From a virus (Duplodnaviria; Caudoviricetes): a stretch of DNA of 59,485 bases. This document shows positions 8,127-17,910 of this stretch, piece by piece. Both the position numbers and the translations under genes were made by a program. The notes under the pieces were generated by a model that was not told the DNA's origin, ran no database searches, and saw nothing but the letters and a program-made list of their open reading frames with translations. Numbering within the stretch: position 1 is the first letter of the stretch; each line of letters opens with the position of its first letter. Location of the stretch: positions 1 to 59,485 of the IMG/VR virus record IMGVR_UViG_3300048851_000177. One strand, 5' to 3'.

Positions 8127-10328
8127 TTAGACCGTTACGGTCGCAGAGGCTTGGGCGAGTGAATCGATGCCCGAGAGGTTTTGAGCGCCACACCAATACT
8201 TCCACGTCCCGGCGCCCGGGACGTCGTTGAAGCTGATCGTCTGGTTTGCTGAGACGCTGTAGGTGGCAAGGGTTGTCGCGGCGGCGTATGACTGCGCCGC
8301 GGTGCCACGCTTGAAGACCAGATATCGGGTGTTGTCGTTTGCGGACTTGGCGCTGACCGAGACCGTCCCCAATGCGTTGGTAGCGGTCATGTTCGTTGGT
8401 GTGCCTGGACGAGTCGGATCAACCGTCGACGTGACGTTCGCCGTTATCGACCACTCGCTATAATCACCATCGGAGGCAATGAACGACGCCTGCACATCGA
8501 GCAACGCATCGGAAGGCACGACGTTCGTGCTCAGATTGATATATCCGCCAGACGGTTCCGCATTGGGAAATTTCTGCTCAACCCACGCGCTTGGGTTCCC
8601 CGACCCATCGTTCGCAACACGATACCGAACGACCGGGATCAATGAATCGTCTTCAGGGTCGACAATGACAACCCGGATATAAACGCTGTCGCCGCGGGGC
8701 TTGGCCTGCACGAGGTTGATGACCGGGATTGCGATACCGTCGGCTTCGACCTTCTGAGGGACCGGCGGCATTTTTCCTTCATCCGTTTCCGGGTTCCATG
8801 CGTCGATGTTCTCAGGATGGCGCATGATATCCATGGTGAACCCGCCCTGGAGCATAGAGAGCACAGACTTGCGGTTCTCGATCACCTTTCCATCAAGCCG
8901 CGGCAGGGAAAGCGGCGTGCTCATCCGGACCCACCGGCTGTAGATCGAGTTGATTCCGGCCAAGCGGACGTTCAACTGCCCGCTAACCTTCTCCTGCAGC
9001 CGCAGCCAATCGCGCTTGCCGAGGCGGCGGGCTTGGCGCCATTGCTGCACCCACTGGTAGTTCGCATCCTGCGCCAGGATTCGACCGGCGGTCAGCTGCG
9101 CACCGGTATCCTCGTAGAAGTCGGTATCTGATGTCGCATAGCCGATTTCCGGATAGCAGAACTTTGGCACCAATCGGTTGCACTCATCCTCGAACAGGAC
9201 GTCGTATTCGATCTGATGACCGACGAGATCGGCATCCGTCAAAACGGTGACGTACTTCTCGCGGAACTTGCCGACAATGAACAGAAGAGCGCCGTCGCCG
9301 CGCTCGCAGAGCCAGCCATCGCATGATGCGAGGATCGCGTTTGTCGCGGCCTTAGGATCGTTCTCCGTCGTGTCAAAGCCGTTGCACTCGTAGCGGCGCT
9401 CGAACCCGCCACCCTTGAGCGGAGAAAGCTCGTCGCAGACGTCAGCCTCTTCCTGCCACATATCGAGGACGGGAAGGATTGCGCGGCGGTAGTCTCGTTT
9501 GTGCCCGAACTCATTGAAGCACTGATGCCAGGCCATGATGAGTGCGGAATTGCGCGTCCACTCCCATGTGTCCGGATCATCTGGATCCTGCAGCGGGTCG
9601 CGAAAGTCCCAGCAGAGCGCCATGTCGGCTTCAACCGACAACTGCGGCGGGCCGTAGGGGAACGTCTTGCTCTGCTTTTCAGCGTTGACGTTCTGGCAGA
9701 CCATGGCAACGGATGCTTGCCCGTCGCCCCGGTGATTATTCGTCCAGACGCCCTCGGCACCAAGCTTGGCGACTATCGGCGCATAGGCCGTCTCCGGCAC
9801 AAGCCCAAGGCGATGATAGATCTGGACCTGGTTGCCGTAATTTGTGTTGGTGACGATGACGCCATCCGGCTCGAGCGTTACCTCATCGTCGTGAAGCCAG
9901 AATCGGTTGACGGACTTGATCCTGTGGCCAGCGATAGCCTGCACGGCATACAGCCATTTTCCTTTGGCTTCCCACAGCATGAAAGCCCCGCCGACGCGGT
10001 TCCTGCCCACGCCCCACCACCGGTGCGGAATGGATTGCAGCTTCGGCACCTTGCCGTCTTCCGGCTTCGGTGGCTTCGGAGCGAGCAGCATCTGAATGCC
10101 GATCGAGATCGCTGTCGTCGCAATTGCGGTCGCGCCGGCTGCCAGGAGACCGGACGTCGCGGCAGAGAAGCCGAACGACGCAAAGATGCTCGTGAAGATC
10201 GGCGTAAAGATCGGGTCTCGACGAGCGATCGGGTAGAGCACCGTGGTCCGACGAAGTGAATGCTCCCAGATCGCCCGCTGCAACGGGTCATCATACCGCG
10301 TCTGGTAAAACCGCTCGTCTCTCAGCAA
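8127..10328 (-). CDS. Central tail/host-specificity protein with fibronectin-III-like C-terminus; probable TTG start
   Basis: Position after NlpC-like gene; WEWTRNSALI and DVCDE motifs. Confidence 0.8.
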   Translation of the reverse strand: MLRDERFYQTRYDDPLQRAIWEHSLRRTTVLYPIARRDPIFTPIFTSIFASFGFSAATSGLLAAGATAIATTAISIGIQMLLAPKPPKPEDGKVPKLQSIPHRWWGVGRNRVGGAFMLWEAKGKWLYAVQAIAGHRIKSVNRFWLHDDEVTLEPDGVIVTNTNYGNQVQIYHRLGLVPETAYAPIVAKLGAEGVWTNNHRGDGQASVAMVCQNVNAEKQSKTFPYGPPQLSVEADMALCWDFRDPLQDPDDPDTWEWTRNSALIMAWHQCFNEFGHKRDYRRAILPVLDMWQEEADVCDELSPLKGGGFERRYECNGFDTTENDPKAATNAILASCDGWLCERGDGALLFIVGKFREKYVTVLTDADLVGHQIEYDVLFEDECNRLVPKFCYPEIGYATSDTDFYEDTGAQLTAGRILAQDANYQWVQQWRQARRLGKRDWLRLQEKVSGQLNVRLAGINSIYSRWVRMSTPLSLPRLDGKVIENRKSVLSMLQGGFTMDIMRHPENIDAWNPETDEGKMPPVPQKVEADGIAIPVINLVQAKPRGDSVYIRVVIVDPEDDSLIPVVRYRVANDGSGNPSAWVEQKFPNAEPSGGYINLSTNVVPSDALLDVQASFIASDGDYSEWSITANVTSTVDPTRPGTPTNMTATNALGTVSVSAKSANDNTRYLVFKRGTAAQSYAAATTLATYSVSANQTISFNDVPGAGTWKYWCGAQNLSGIDSLAQASATVTV

Positions 10329-10738
10329 GGCAGCCTCCAAACGGCGATACTTTCGGCCGGGGTCGCGCGGACGCCGCCGGGATGAATGCAGGCCCACAGA
10401 GGCCCGAAGCGGATAGCGCCGATCAGCGATTCAGTCTGTTCGTCGTACGTGTCGCCGGTCGTCGCCTTGATGAGACCGATATCGCCCGTCTCGGCATGCT
10501 GGACTCGCTTGGCGCCGATCAGGTTCAGATGATGGCTCATGAACTCGAACTCGCCGCCATGGGCAGCCATGATGGCGTGCGCTTCCTCGCGTGTTCGGTA
10601 TGTCCCGCGCAGTTCGTCAGCCGGGTCTATACCAATGCTCATGAGCGCCCATTGCGCAGGGAAGGTCATGCAATCCTGACCGCCGACACCGCCCCACCGG
10701 AAGTAGTGCGGGAGCGCAAGGAATTCGTGAATGTTCAT
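10322..10738 (-). CDS. NlpC/P60-like tail tip protein (DUF6950-like)
   Basis: FRWG..DC..F..W..G.DP...RG.Y and GDIG motifs. Confidence 0.8.
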   Translation of the reverse strand: MNIHEFLALPHYFRWGGVGGQDCMTFPAQWALMSIGIDPADELRGTYRTREEAHAIMAAHGGEFEFMSHHLNLIGAKRVQHAETGDIGLIKATTGDTYDEQTESLIGAIRFGPLWACIHPGGVRATPAESIAVWRLPC

Positions 10739-10744
10739 GAGACC

Positions 10745-11359
10745 TCAGTCGAAAATCGGCCACTTGGGCTGGATGCCGCGCGCCATGCGTGCCGTTTCCT
10801 TGCAGAAGTCATCGGTCGGATAGAGCGACTTCTGCATCGCATCTGACCAGAGAACTTTGGCCGCGCGCGAGCGGGTGTTTTCACCGGCGACCGTGGCCAA
10901 GCTGATCGAGATGGTCTGCGTTTCCCCGGCGCGGGCCGGAGACCGAAGCTCTTTCAGATGCGAGGCAACGCCTGTCCAGATCGGGATGATCTGGGTCATC
11001 GGCTGGTAATATTGGTCGAGCGTAGTCATGCCGACCTGCACGAGCGCGCCGCGCACCGGCGGCAGGCTGTCGATCATCCTGGCACCGGTGGCCGGGTCTA
11101 TACCGGACAGCGTGAAGTCGATCGCCGCCGAGCTGCCGTTGACCAAAGTCTGCAGCGCCGGGATGCCGTTGAGGCGACCGCCACCCAGGTAAGTCGTGCC
11201 CGTTGGGTCGACGCTATCGAACCCGATCGGGATGTCTCTGACGCCGAAATACAGGTGCAGCGCCGGATCGGTGTCGACCCGAAGGAAGACGGCCAACTGG
11301 CTATCCGTCCGCAAGGCTTCAATGACCGCCGGCGGGACATACTCTGCTGAATACGCCAT
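10745..11359 (-). CDS. Minor tail (hub) protein
   Basis: Synteny; TYLGGG and WSDAMQKSLYPTDDF motifs. Confidence 0.75.
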   Translation of the reverse strand: MAYSAEYVPPAVIEALRTDSQLAVFLRVDTDPALHLYFGVRDIPIGFDSVDPTGTTYLGGGRLNGIPALQTLVNGSSAAIDFTLSGIDPATGARMIDSLPPVRGALVQVGMTTLDQYYQPMTQIIPIWTGVASHLKELRSPARAGETQTISISLATVAGENTRSRAAKVLWSDAMQKSLYPTDDFCKETARMARGIQPKWPIFD

Positions 11360-11360
11360 C

Positions 11361-12089
11361 TCAGAACGCCTCAGACAGGCTCACGGAGGGTCTCGAGGAA
11401 TAGAAGCCCTCATAGCCCCACGGGATCGTCTGCCCGCGCGCCTGGCGCATCACGCAGCGAGGGCGGGCCAACTCAATACGATCGCCGACAGAGACCGCCT
11501 CACGAAGCGGAGGCTGGATGGCGATGCGCGATACCGGGTTTGCCTCGTCCGTCTGATCGAGAAGTTCCCATGACCGGTAGAGGCGCCAGCCCTTAGTGGG
11601 GTGGTAGATCGAGAAGAAGTCCGACCAGCGGAAGACCTTGCGAGCACCGCCGTAGACGCGAACGCGAAGAATGCCGGTGTTCTCCATCGCGACAATCTCG
11701 CCATAGACCGTTGCCTGCGAGTAACCGGAGCCGTCAGTGAACAGAGACCCATCCGAATGAGGGATACCCTTGATGATCGGCCGCACCGCGCCGTTGATGA
11801 CCGGGAACGCCCCGACCTTATCGTTGACCAGCGGCACGACGATGTTGCGGAACCCGCCATTGAGGCGAGCACCAAGCCACGAAATGACCTCGTAGCGCTC
11901 GTCGGGCCCCTCCAGCATCATGTTCTCTATCATGGCGGTCCACATGCCACCGCCCGACGTTTCGATGCTGGTGGACTCGCCTACGCCATTCACGCCGCCG
12001 TCAACTTCACTGCCGACCGTGTCGAAGCTGATCCGCGACGGGCGCAAGAAGTCGATCGGGAAATCCGGCTGACCGGTAAGTGCGCCCAT
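11361..12089 (-). CDS. Distal tail protein
   Basis: Directly after tape measure; IQPPLR motif. Confidence 0.7.
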   Translation of the reverse strand: MGALTGQPDFPIDFLRPSRISFDTVGSEVDGGVNGVGESTSIETSGGGMWTAMIENMMLEGPDERYEVISWLGARLNGGFRNIVVPLVNDKVGAFPVINGAVRPIIKGIPHSDGSLFTDGSGYSQATVYGEIVAMENTGILRVRVYGGARKVFRWSDFFSIYHPTKGWRLYRSWELLDQTDEANPVSRIAIQPPLREAVSVGDRIELARPRCVMRQARGQTIPWGYEGFYSSRPSVSLSEAF

Positions 12090-12091
12090 GA

Positions 12092-14869
12092 TCAGCCAAC
12101 CCTCGATGTGTATTTCTTCTGGTTGTCACCGAAGCCGCCGTTAATCTGGCCTTCGTTGTATTGGTAGACGGCCTCTTGCGCGCCTTGACGGGCAAGCTCA
12201 CGGATGTGGTTATCGCCGCTTCCGCCCTGAACGTTGACGATAAGCTGCGGCCGCTGGTTGCCGCCGGAGCGACCGCCGCCATCTCGCATCATGTCGCGGC
12301 TCTTGGTGCTCGTGTGGACCTGCTCACCCCCGCGGAACTTCACAAGCTCCGGGCCTTCTTCGCCGACGAGGGCGTAGCCGGCCGGCGCGTTGTTCGTGCC
12401 ATCAGCGAAAAGGCCCGTGAGCCCGACATACTTGGACAGGTTCTGCCCGCCGCCACCGAATAGGCCACCGAGCGACGACAACCACCCACCGCCGCCCGCC
12501 GCCGGCGCTGATGGAGCGGACGGGAACATGCTGGTCGAAAGGCTTTCGCCGATCTTGCTAAGACCATTTCCAAACTGGCCAACGTTCTTTGACGCGTCAC
12601 CGAGGGCAGAGTTGAACTTCTCGACGTAGGAGGTGCCGGTAGTGCCAAGGATGTCCGCTCCTGCCCCGCCTTTGCCGACAGACCCAGGTCCGCCGAACCA
12701 TGCCTGAGCAGCGCCAGACGGGCCAAACTTGTCGACATAGCCGCCGAACTTATTCTGGAAAATCTGGTCCTGCATCGAGGGGTTCTGCAGGAACTCGTCT
12801 GCACTGACAGAACGGCCAAGCGCTTCTTTCGACCATGGGCCGATGTTGTTGCCCATCATCTGATAGGCGCCGTAAGCACGGTCGCCATTGCGCGTTACAG
12901 GACCGAGCGCCTTATAGTTGCCGCCGCTCTCGATCGACTGGATCGCCTTGGCATAAGAGCCGATATCGCCCAGAGGCATGCGGGTGACGGACGAACTGCC
13001 AAGGCCAGTGAAGCCGCCGGCCACGTTGTCGTTCGCAGACATGCCGCCACCTGCGCCCAGGATCTGGCCAAGCGTGGTGTTTGCGCCGCTGAAGCCGATG
13101 CCCTTGTTCATCAGTCCCGCGCTGGGCTGCCCAAGGACAGCGTTCACCAGCATGTTGGCGCCAAGGTTGGCGAACTTCTCAAAAGCCTGCGAGGCCGCGT
13201 TCATGGCCGCGCTGCTCAGGCCTTCCATGAGAGCCTTGCCGAGGTCACCTGAATTATTGCGCAGCGCATCGCCGAAGTCGGTGAAGAAGCCTTTAAACAA
13301 GCCACCAAGCGCCGCCCGGCGCTGCTCTTCTTCGAGGACTTCGCGCGACCAGTAAGTGTTGCGGTTAGCCCGCGCGCCGCCGAAGGACTTCGGAAGATCT
13401 TCCTCTCGCTCGAAATAGTTCGGCTTCTGCCCTGGGACAGGAACGGAGACGAGACGGCCGTCGGAGTTGACGATCGTCGGAGCGCCTTCGTTGCCCCCGC
13501 CCGGCATCCCCTCAAGCTCGATCTTCGGCCGGCTTGTTGGTACGCCCGGGTTGGTTGGCATGAAGTCGGAAGGGCGATAGGTGCGCCCGCCATCGGTGAA
13601 GGTGGAGCCCGCGAGGATGTCTTGAACGTTCGAGCCGCCTGCAAGAGCGGCGATGTAAGCTGTTCTGGCCTGCTGAGCAGCCTGAACGCCTCGATAGATC
13701 GCGTCGGTAACTTCGTCGAAGGCCTCCTTGAATTCCTTGACCTTCGGCAAGCCGGTGCTCTGGAGCGCGTTGGTAAGCTGGTTCTGAACGTTGTTGAGGT
13801 CGGACATTGACGCAGTGCCGCCGTCCAGCCTCTCCTTCAGTTCGCTCCAAGCGGTTCGCAGGTCGCGCACAATGACCGCATTGTTAGGGTCGCCCCTCAT
13901 CGCGGCGAATGCTTCCCTGCCTTGACGACTGATGCTGTCTAGGTTCTCGCTCAGCCCCTCAAGCTCACGACCGGCAAGGATTTCGCCAGCCTGCTTGCCG
14001 GATGTGATCTTGTCAGCACGATCGAGTTCGTCGACGTAGGCCTTCAGGCTCGGGACTGCATCGCCCCAAAGCTCAGCGGCTTGGCGGATGATTTCGTTCT
14101 GCTCTTCGAATACCTTGCTGGTCTTCGTCGCGCCATCTTCTGCGGTCGTGAAGTACTGGATGAGAGCCGCAGCCCCGCCGATCACGCCAATCGTGACCAG
14201 AGAGATCGGGTTGAGGATCTGAGCGAACGCACCAGCCACTGCGGGGCCAATCGACTGCCCGCTTGCCCTGATGTCGTTGAAAACAGCCGCTACCTGCGGG
14301 CCTTGCTGCAAAGCAACCGTCTGCCAGGGCATGTAGGCCGCGGTCGTGCCGATGTCGAACCCTTGCGCCGCAAGATTGGACGTGTTGAAACTTGACCGGC
14401 CCCCGCGGTTTTGGTTGGCGGCTTGAATGGCGCTCCCTGCACCTTGCGCCGACTGCTTCAGTCTATCGTAAGCCACCCGTTCGGAATCAAGCGCCTTCTG
14501 CATCTGCTGAGCGCTGATGATGCCGAGCTGATGCGCGCGGTTGATCTCTCCCACCGTGGCCTGGTACTGGCGCGTCGCCTGTGCGAGCGGCTGGTACTTG
14601 GTCGTGAGGCGTTCAAGCTCCATGCGGAAAGCCTGGACGTGCTGATCCTGCGAGCTGAAGGACTTGCCGAGTTGCTCGACTGGCGCCTTGGCACCATCAG
14701 CACCTTTGCCGGCCGCGCCAAAAGCAGTGCCGAGACCACGAGCGGCTTGCTCAAGACTTTCGACGCTGCGCTCGGTCTTGACGGCGGATGCGGTCAGCTT
14801 CTCCAGATCTACTGCAGCCGAAGATGCCGGCGAGCTGTCAATCGCAAAGCCTAAAGTCGCTGTGGTCAT
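12092..14869 (-). CDS. Tape measure protein with lytic transglycosylase-like domain
   Basis: 925 aa, Ala/Gly-rich; NLAAQGFDI..ALQQGPQV; IESGGNY..GAYQMM; LVGEEGPEL. Confidence 0.93.
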   Translation of the reverse strand: MTTATLGFAIDSSPASSAAVDLEKLTASAVKTERSVESLEQAARGLGTAFGAAGKGADGAKAPVEQLGKSFSSQDQHVQAFRMELERLTTKYQPLAQATRQYQATVGEINRAHQLGIISAQQMQKALDSERVAYDRLKQSAQGAGSAIQAANQNRGGRSSFNTSNLAAQGFDIGTTAAYMPWQTVALQQGPQVAAVFNDIRASGQSIGPAVAGAFAQILNPISLVTIGVIGGAAALIQYFTTAEDGATKTSKVFEEQNEIIRQAAELWGDAVPSLKAYVDELDRADKITSGKQAGEILAGRELEGLSENLDSISRQGREAFAAMRGDPNNAVIVRDLRTAWSELKERLDGGTASMSDLNNVQNQLTNALQSTGLPKVKEFKEAFDEVTDAIYRGVQAAQQARTAYIAALAGGSNVQDILAGSTFTDGGRTYRPSDFMPTNPGVPTSRPKIELEGMPGGGNEGAPTIVNSDGRLVSVPVPGQKPNYFEREEDLPKSFGGARANRNTYWSREVLEEEQRRAALGGLFKGFFTDFGDALRNNSGDLGKALMEGLSSAAMNAASQAFEKFANLGANMLVNAVLGQPSAGLMNKGIGFSGANTTLGQILGAGGGMSANDNVAGGFTGLGSSSVTRMPLGDIGSYAKAIQSIESGGNYKALGPVTRNGDRAYGAYQMMGNNIGPWSKEALGRSVSADEFLQNPSMQDQIFQNKFGGYVDKFGPSGAAQAWFGGPGSVGKGGAGADILGTTGTSYVEKFNSALGDASKNVGQFGNGLSKIGESLSTSMFPSAPSAPAAGGGGWLSSLGGLFGGGGQNLSKYVGLTGLFADGTNNAPAGYALVGEEGPELVKFRGGEQVHTSTKSRDMMRDGGGRSGGNQRPQLIVNVQGGSGDNHIRELARQGAQEAVYQYNEGQINGGFGDNQKKYTSRVG

Positions 14870-14926
14870 CCGGCTTTACCTTTCGCGCGCGATCTCTATC
14901 CTCGCCTACTTTGAATGGAGGCTGGA

Positions 14927-15151
14927 ATGAAACGCTCGGTATTGTGTTGCTTATGCGGGGTCGCGTTGATCGCGCCGGCGGTAGCCACAGAGAACGATCA
15001 AGAGGAATGCGTTGGGCGGCTCTCGGCTATTGCCAAGGGAAACCTAAGCGGAGACGATCAGATGGCGATCGAACAATGCTTGATCTCTGGCCACGTTTCG
15101 TCTCAGCAAGTTGCCAAGGCATACGGGAACGCCCGAAGGAGCAAAAAATGA
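14927..15151 (+). CDS. Small secreted moron protein
   Basis: GGAGG RBS; signal peptide; antisense in tail operon. Confidence 0.65.
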   Translation: MKRSVLCCLCGVALIAPAVATENDQEECVGRLSAIAKGNLSGDDQMAIEQCLISGHVSSQQVAKAYGNARRSKK

Positions 15152-15513
15152 TAGTTCCGTACTGGGTCATAGCGTCAGCATGCGTAGCAGCCACATTGGC
15201 GGCAAACCCCGCCGCCGCCGCGCAGTGCACATCGGTTGGCGGGCATATCAACGGCAAACCAGTTCAGATTACCCGCCAGGTTGTGATCAAGAAGAACGTG
15301 ATGACCTTGGCAGGGCGGATGAATGGAAAGCCGATGCCAACTCGGAAGCTTCCATGCACGAAGATGGAGTCTGGCTATTACTGCGAGGTGATGGCCGGAC
15401 CCGTCTATGTCACAGCCGTTACGAATGGCCGCCGGTTGATTGAGACCGTGAACCGGTCCGACAATAAAGCCGAACAAGCTGGAGTGGCATATGAATGCAA
15501 CTCGACTTTTTAG
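15148..15513 (+). CDS. Secreted Cys-containing moron protein
   Basis: AAGGAG RBS; ATGA overlap; signal peptide ending in AAAA. Confidence 0.7.
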   Translation: MIVPYWVIASACVAATLAANPAAAAQCTSVGGHINGKPVQITRQVVIKKNVMTLAGRMNGKPMPTRKLPCTKMESGYYCEVMAGPVYVTAVTNGRRLIETVNRSDNKAEQAGVAYECNSTF

Positions 15514-15884
15514 TTGAGCGTCTGACCTGACCGGCTTACCCGCTTCACTCTCAACGCTGGGAAGAGGTCGGCCATCTTGCCGGGGCCTTGTGTCGCGCCG
15601 TTCTCGTCTGGCTTCTCTGCGGCGACGGAGCGGCGTTTAATGTCGAGCGCGATGATCGCGTCCAGCTCCCAGTCGAGAAGCTCGATCTGGCGAAGGTCGG
15701 ACCATGCTTTGATCTCGCGGAAGCTCAGGGAATTCATCCCGAATCCATTGCCTTGACGCTGGCTATCGAGATCCCTGAACCACCACCATATTTGCGCCCC
15801 GGCTGGCGGGACGCTGATTTTCTTGCCGTTGTGCTGGTCCTCGATTAGCTGGCAGAGCCGGCCGATGAGGACTTGACGAAAGGG
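15510..15884 (-). CDS. Tail assembly chaperone C-terminal part (gpT-like, reached by -1 frameshift)
   Basis: Frame open from the slippery site: FRQVLIGRLCQ...WWWFRDLDSQRQGNGFGMNSLSFREIKAW. Confidence 0.8.
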   Translation of the reverse strand, partial: PFRQVLIGRLCQLIEDQHNGKKISVPPAGAQIWWWFRDLDSQRQGNGFGMNSLSFREIKAWSDLRQIELLDWELDAIIALDIKRRSVAAEKPDENGATQGPGKMADLFPALRVKRVSRSGQTLN

Positions 15885-16279
15885 CCACGTCGCACCGCGA
15901 TAGCCTCCGCCTGTTCAGCGAAGATGCGATACCGGCGGTAGAACGTGCGGGCGTTCTCTTCGGTGAACGGGACCGCCTTGCCGGCGATCGATGGGTTTGG
16001 CGCCCAACCGGTCGTGATCCGGGCGAGGAACGCTGCTGTGCGCTCGCGCTCTTCTTCCTCAGGCGTTTCCTTGCCAGACAGAGCGCGCTCTTCCGCAAGC
16101 TTGGAGAACTCCTTGGCGGTGTCCTTCATGGCCTTGCGGGTGCGTGTGCTGTCTGGCCCGACGAGCGTAAGCTTGAGCCCAATCGGCTTGCCCATCTCGT
16201 CGAGAAGGTCGAACTCCTTGCCCTCCTCCTGCGAGGTGGCCAGATCGTCGAAGCGATCGAGGTTGATGGTGTCGACCAT
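15845..16279 (-). CDS. Tail assembly chaperone (gpG-like)
   Basis: Between tail tube and tape measure; LVGPDS and LARITTGW motifs. Confidence 0.85.
   Translation of the reverse strand: MVDTINLDRFDDLATSQEEGKEFDLLDEMGKPIGLKLTLVGPDSTRTRKAMKDTAKEFSKLAEERALSGKETPEEEERERTAAFLARITTGWAPNPSIAGKAVPFTEENARTFYRRYRIFAEQAEAIAVRRGPFVKSSSAGSAS
15878..15884 (-). other. -1 ribosomal slippery heptamer C CCT TTC
   Basis: X XXY YYZ in frame near the end of the gpG-like ORF. Confidence 0.8.
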
Positions 16280-16785
16280 TACGGGCCTTCCTCCGCCGGT
16301 ACTTCGATGATGGCGGAATTGACGCGGATGGTGATCTGCACCTGGTCCGACGTGTTCGCGCCGCCGCCCGGGTAGTTGAACGACGTGATCCGGCCGAAGA
16401 AGTATTCGATGGTCGGCGTCGAGCCGGAAGCGGCTGGCGCATCGTTGCTCGTGATGCGGATGCGATAGTCGAAGTCCGTCTTGAGCGCGGCCTTGCAGGC
16501 GATCTGACCGGCGTCGTCGCGGATGTTGAGGAACGTGTTCTGCATCGTGCCGCCGTCAGACGTGCCGCCCGCGGTCGCCGTACGACGGCGGTTGATCGGG
16601 TTCTCGCTGATCTCGGTACGCGTGTCGCCGAACGAGCCCTTGGTCAGCCAACCGTCGATGTCCGTATAGGTCAGCCCAGCGCCTTCGAAGTTGGTCAGCA
16701 GGATATCGTCATCGTCCGGAACGATGCCGTCGAATGCAGTGCCGATGGCGATTTTCTCACCGGCGATCGGTCGAATGAGGCCCAT
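16279..16785 (-). CDS. Major tail tube protein
   Basis: Synteny; DDAGQ and YFFGRITSF motifs. Confidence 0.8.
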   Translation of the reverse strand: MGLIRPIAGEKIAIGTAFDGIVPDDDDILLTNFEGAGLTYTDIDGWLTKGSFGDTRTEISENPINRRRTATAGGTSDGGTMQNTFLNIRDDAGQIACKAALKTDFDYRIRITSNDAPAASGSTPTIEYFFGRITSFNYPGGGANTSDQVQITIRVNSAIIEVPAEEGP

Positions 16786-16839
16786 GATGGCATCCTTTCG
16801 TGAGAGCCCTTGCCGAAGGGGCGAAAGAACGGCAGGCCA

Positions 16840-17271
16840 TTAGGCCGGAACTGATGGGTAGGACCGCCAGAAAGCAGTCACCGGGATCTGATGGTGCGTC
16901 TCCGGTGTCATGAGGTTCGCAAGGGCGGGATCCTGATCGAACCGAACCTGCACTGGATCACGATAGAGCTTGGTGCCGCGCCTGAATGCGGCTCGGACAA
17001 GGCCCGCGACCTCGTACCCGTCGATAACCGCCCTGCTTTTCGGCAGCATGACGTTGCCGCGGACAAAGCCTTGCCGGATCGGGTCCATCTCAAGCGAGAG
17101 GTCCGTCTCGATCGAGGTATTGAAGTGGATCTCGAAAGACACGAAGCGGGTTGTCGCGGTCGGGGTGTAGCTCACGCCTGGCAGTGCCTTCTCCCAACCT
17201 GTCGGCAAGGCAATTGCCTGCACAGCGGCAAGAAGCGCCTGATAGATGGTTTTCTCCGGCGTATCGGCCAT
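16840..17271 (-). CDS. Tail terminator (DUF4128-like)
   Basis: Synteny; AFRRGTKL and IPVTAFW. Confidence 0.75.
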   Translation of the reverse strand: MADTPEKTIYQALLAAVQAIALPTGWEKALPGVSYTPTATTRFVSFEIHFNTSIETDLSLEMDPIRQGFVRGNVMLPKSRAVIDGYEVAGLVRAAFRRGTKLYRDPVQVRFDQDPALANLMTPETHHQIPVTAFWRSYPSVPA

Positions 17272-17285
17272 GCTATGCGTCTCCA

Positions 17286-17495
17286 ATGGCCGACAAACTG
17301 ACCGATCGCGAAATCTACGAGCGCCTCGATGCGGCCCATGCTCTGTTCAAAGGTGCAGAAGGCGCGACCGAAGGCGGCGAAGCGGTCATCAAACTGTTTC
17401 AGGGGAACACCGACCTCATCCAGAGGGCGATGCTGATCATGCTTGCGGAGACGACCCGCCCTCAAAGCGAGACCGGATCTGCATCTCAGCCTTAG
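17286..17495 (+). CDS. Small antisense hypothetical protein (69 aa)
   Basis: MADKLTDREIYERL...; fills the gap between two tail genes. Confidence 0.5.
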   Translation: MADKLTDREIYERLDAAHALFKGAEGATEGGEAVIKLFQGNTDLIQRAMLIMLAETTRPQSETGSASQP

Positions 17496-17910
17496 CGACT
17501 GTCTGTGGCCATGATTGCTCTGCTGCGGCCAGATATCCGAAACCTTGCTGGTTATACGTTCGCCCGAGGCTGTCAGTGCCTACGAAGCCGAACTCCATGC
17601 GAGGCCCATGGGCTGCCGTCACCCCGATGAAACTGACGGTCCCGAGTTCCATGCTCCCGAGGATTTCCAGAGATGACTGTGACTGATCTGCGAATGCTTC
17701 TTTGCCGCCCTCAATGGCCGGCATCGCGGTAGCGGAGGCGACGATCGAACGGCGAAGATCGCCCTGATCAATGGGAAGCCTGCCACCCTCGTTGTAAGTG
17801 GTTCGTATCTGCTCGTAGACGAGTTGCGCCGAGAGCTGCAGAACCGCTTCTGCCCTCTCGGTCTCGGCTCTAGCCCACTCTCCGATCTGTGCCGCGAACG
17901 ATCCGGTCAT
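17437..17910 (-). CDS. HK97 gp10-like tail completion protein
   Basis: PIDQGDLRRS and RMEFGFVG.DSLGR.YNQ. Confidence 0.8.
   Translation of the reverse strand: MTGSFAAQIGEWARAETERAEAVLQLSAQLVYEQIRTTYNEGGRLPIDQGDLRRSIVASATAMPAIEGGKEAFADQSQSSLEILGSMELGTVSFIGVTAAHGPRMEFGFVGTDSLGRTYNQQGFGYLAAAEQSWPQTVAKAEMQIRSRFEGGSSPQA

Noticed and set aside
14788-15147. N-terminal extension of the 241-aa ORF
   Set aside because: RBS and signal peptide point to a start at 15148; the extension overlaps two other genes
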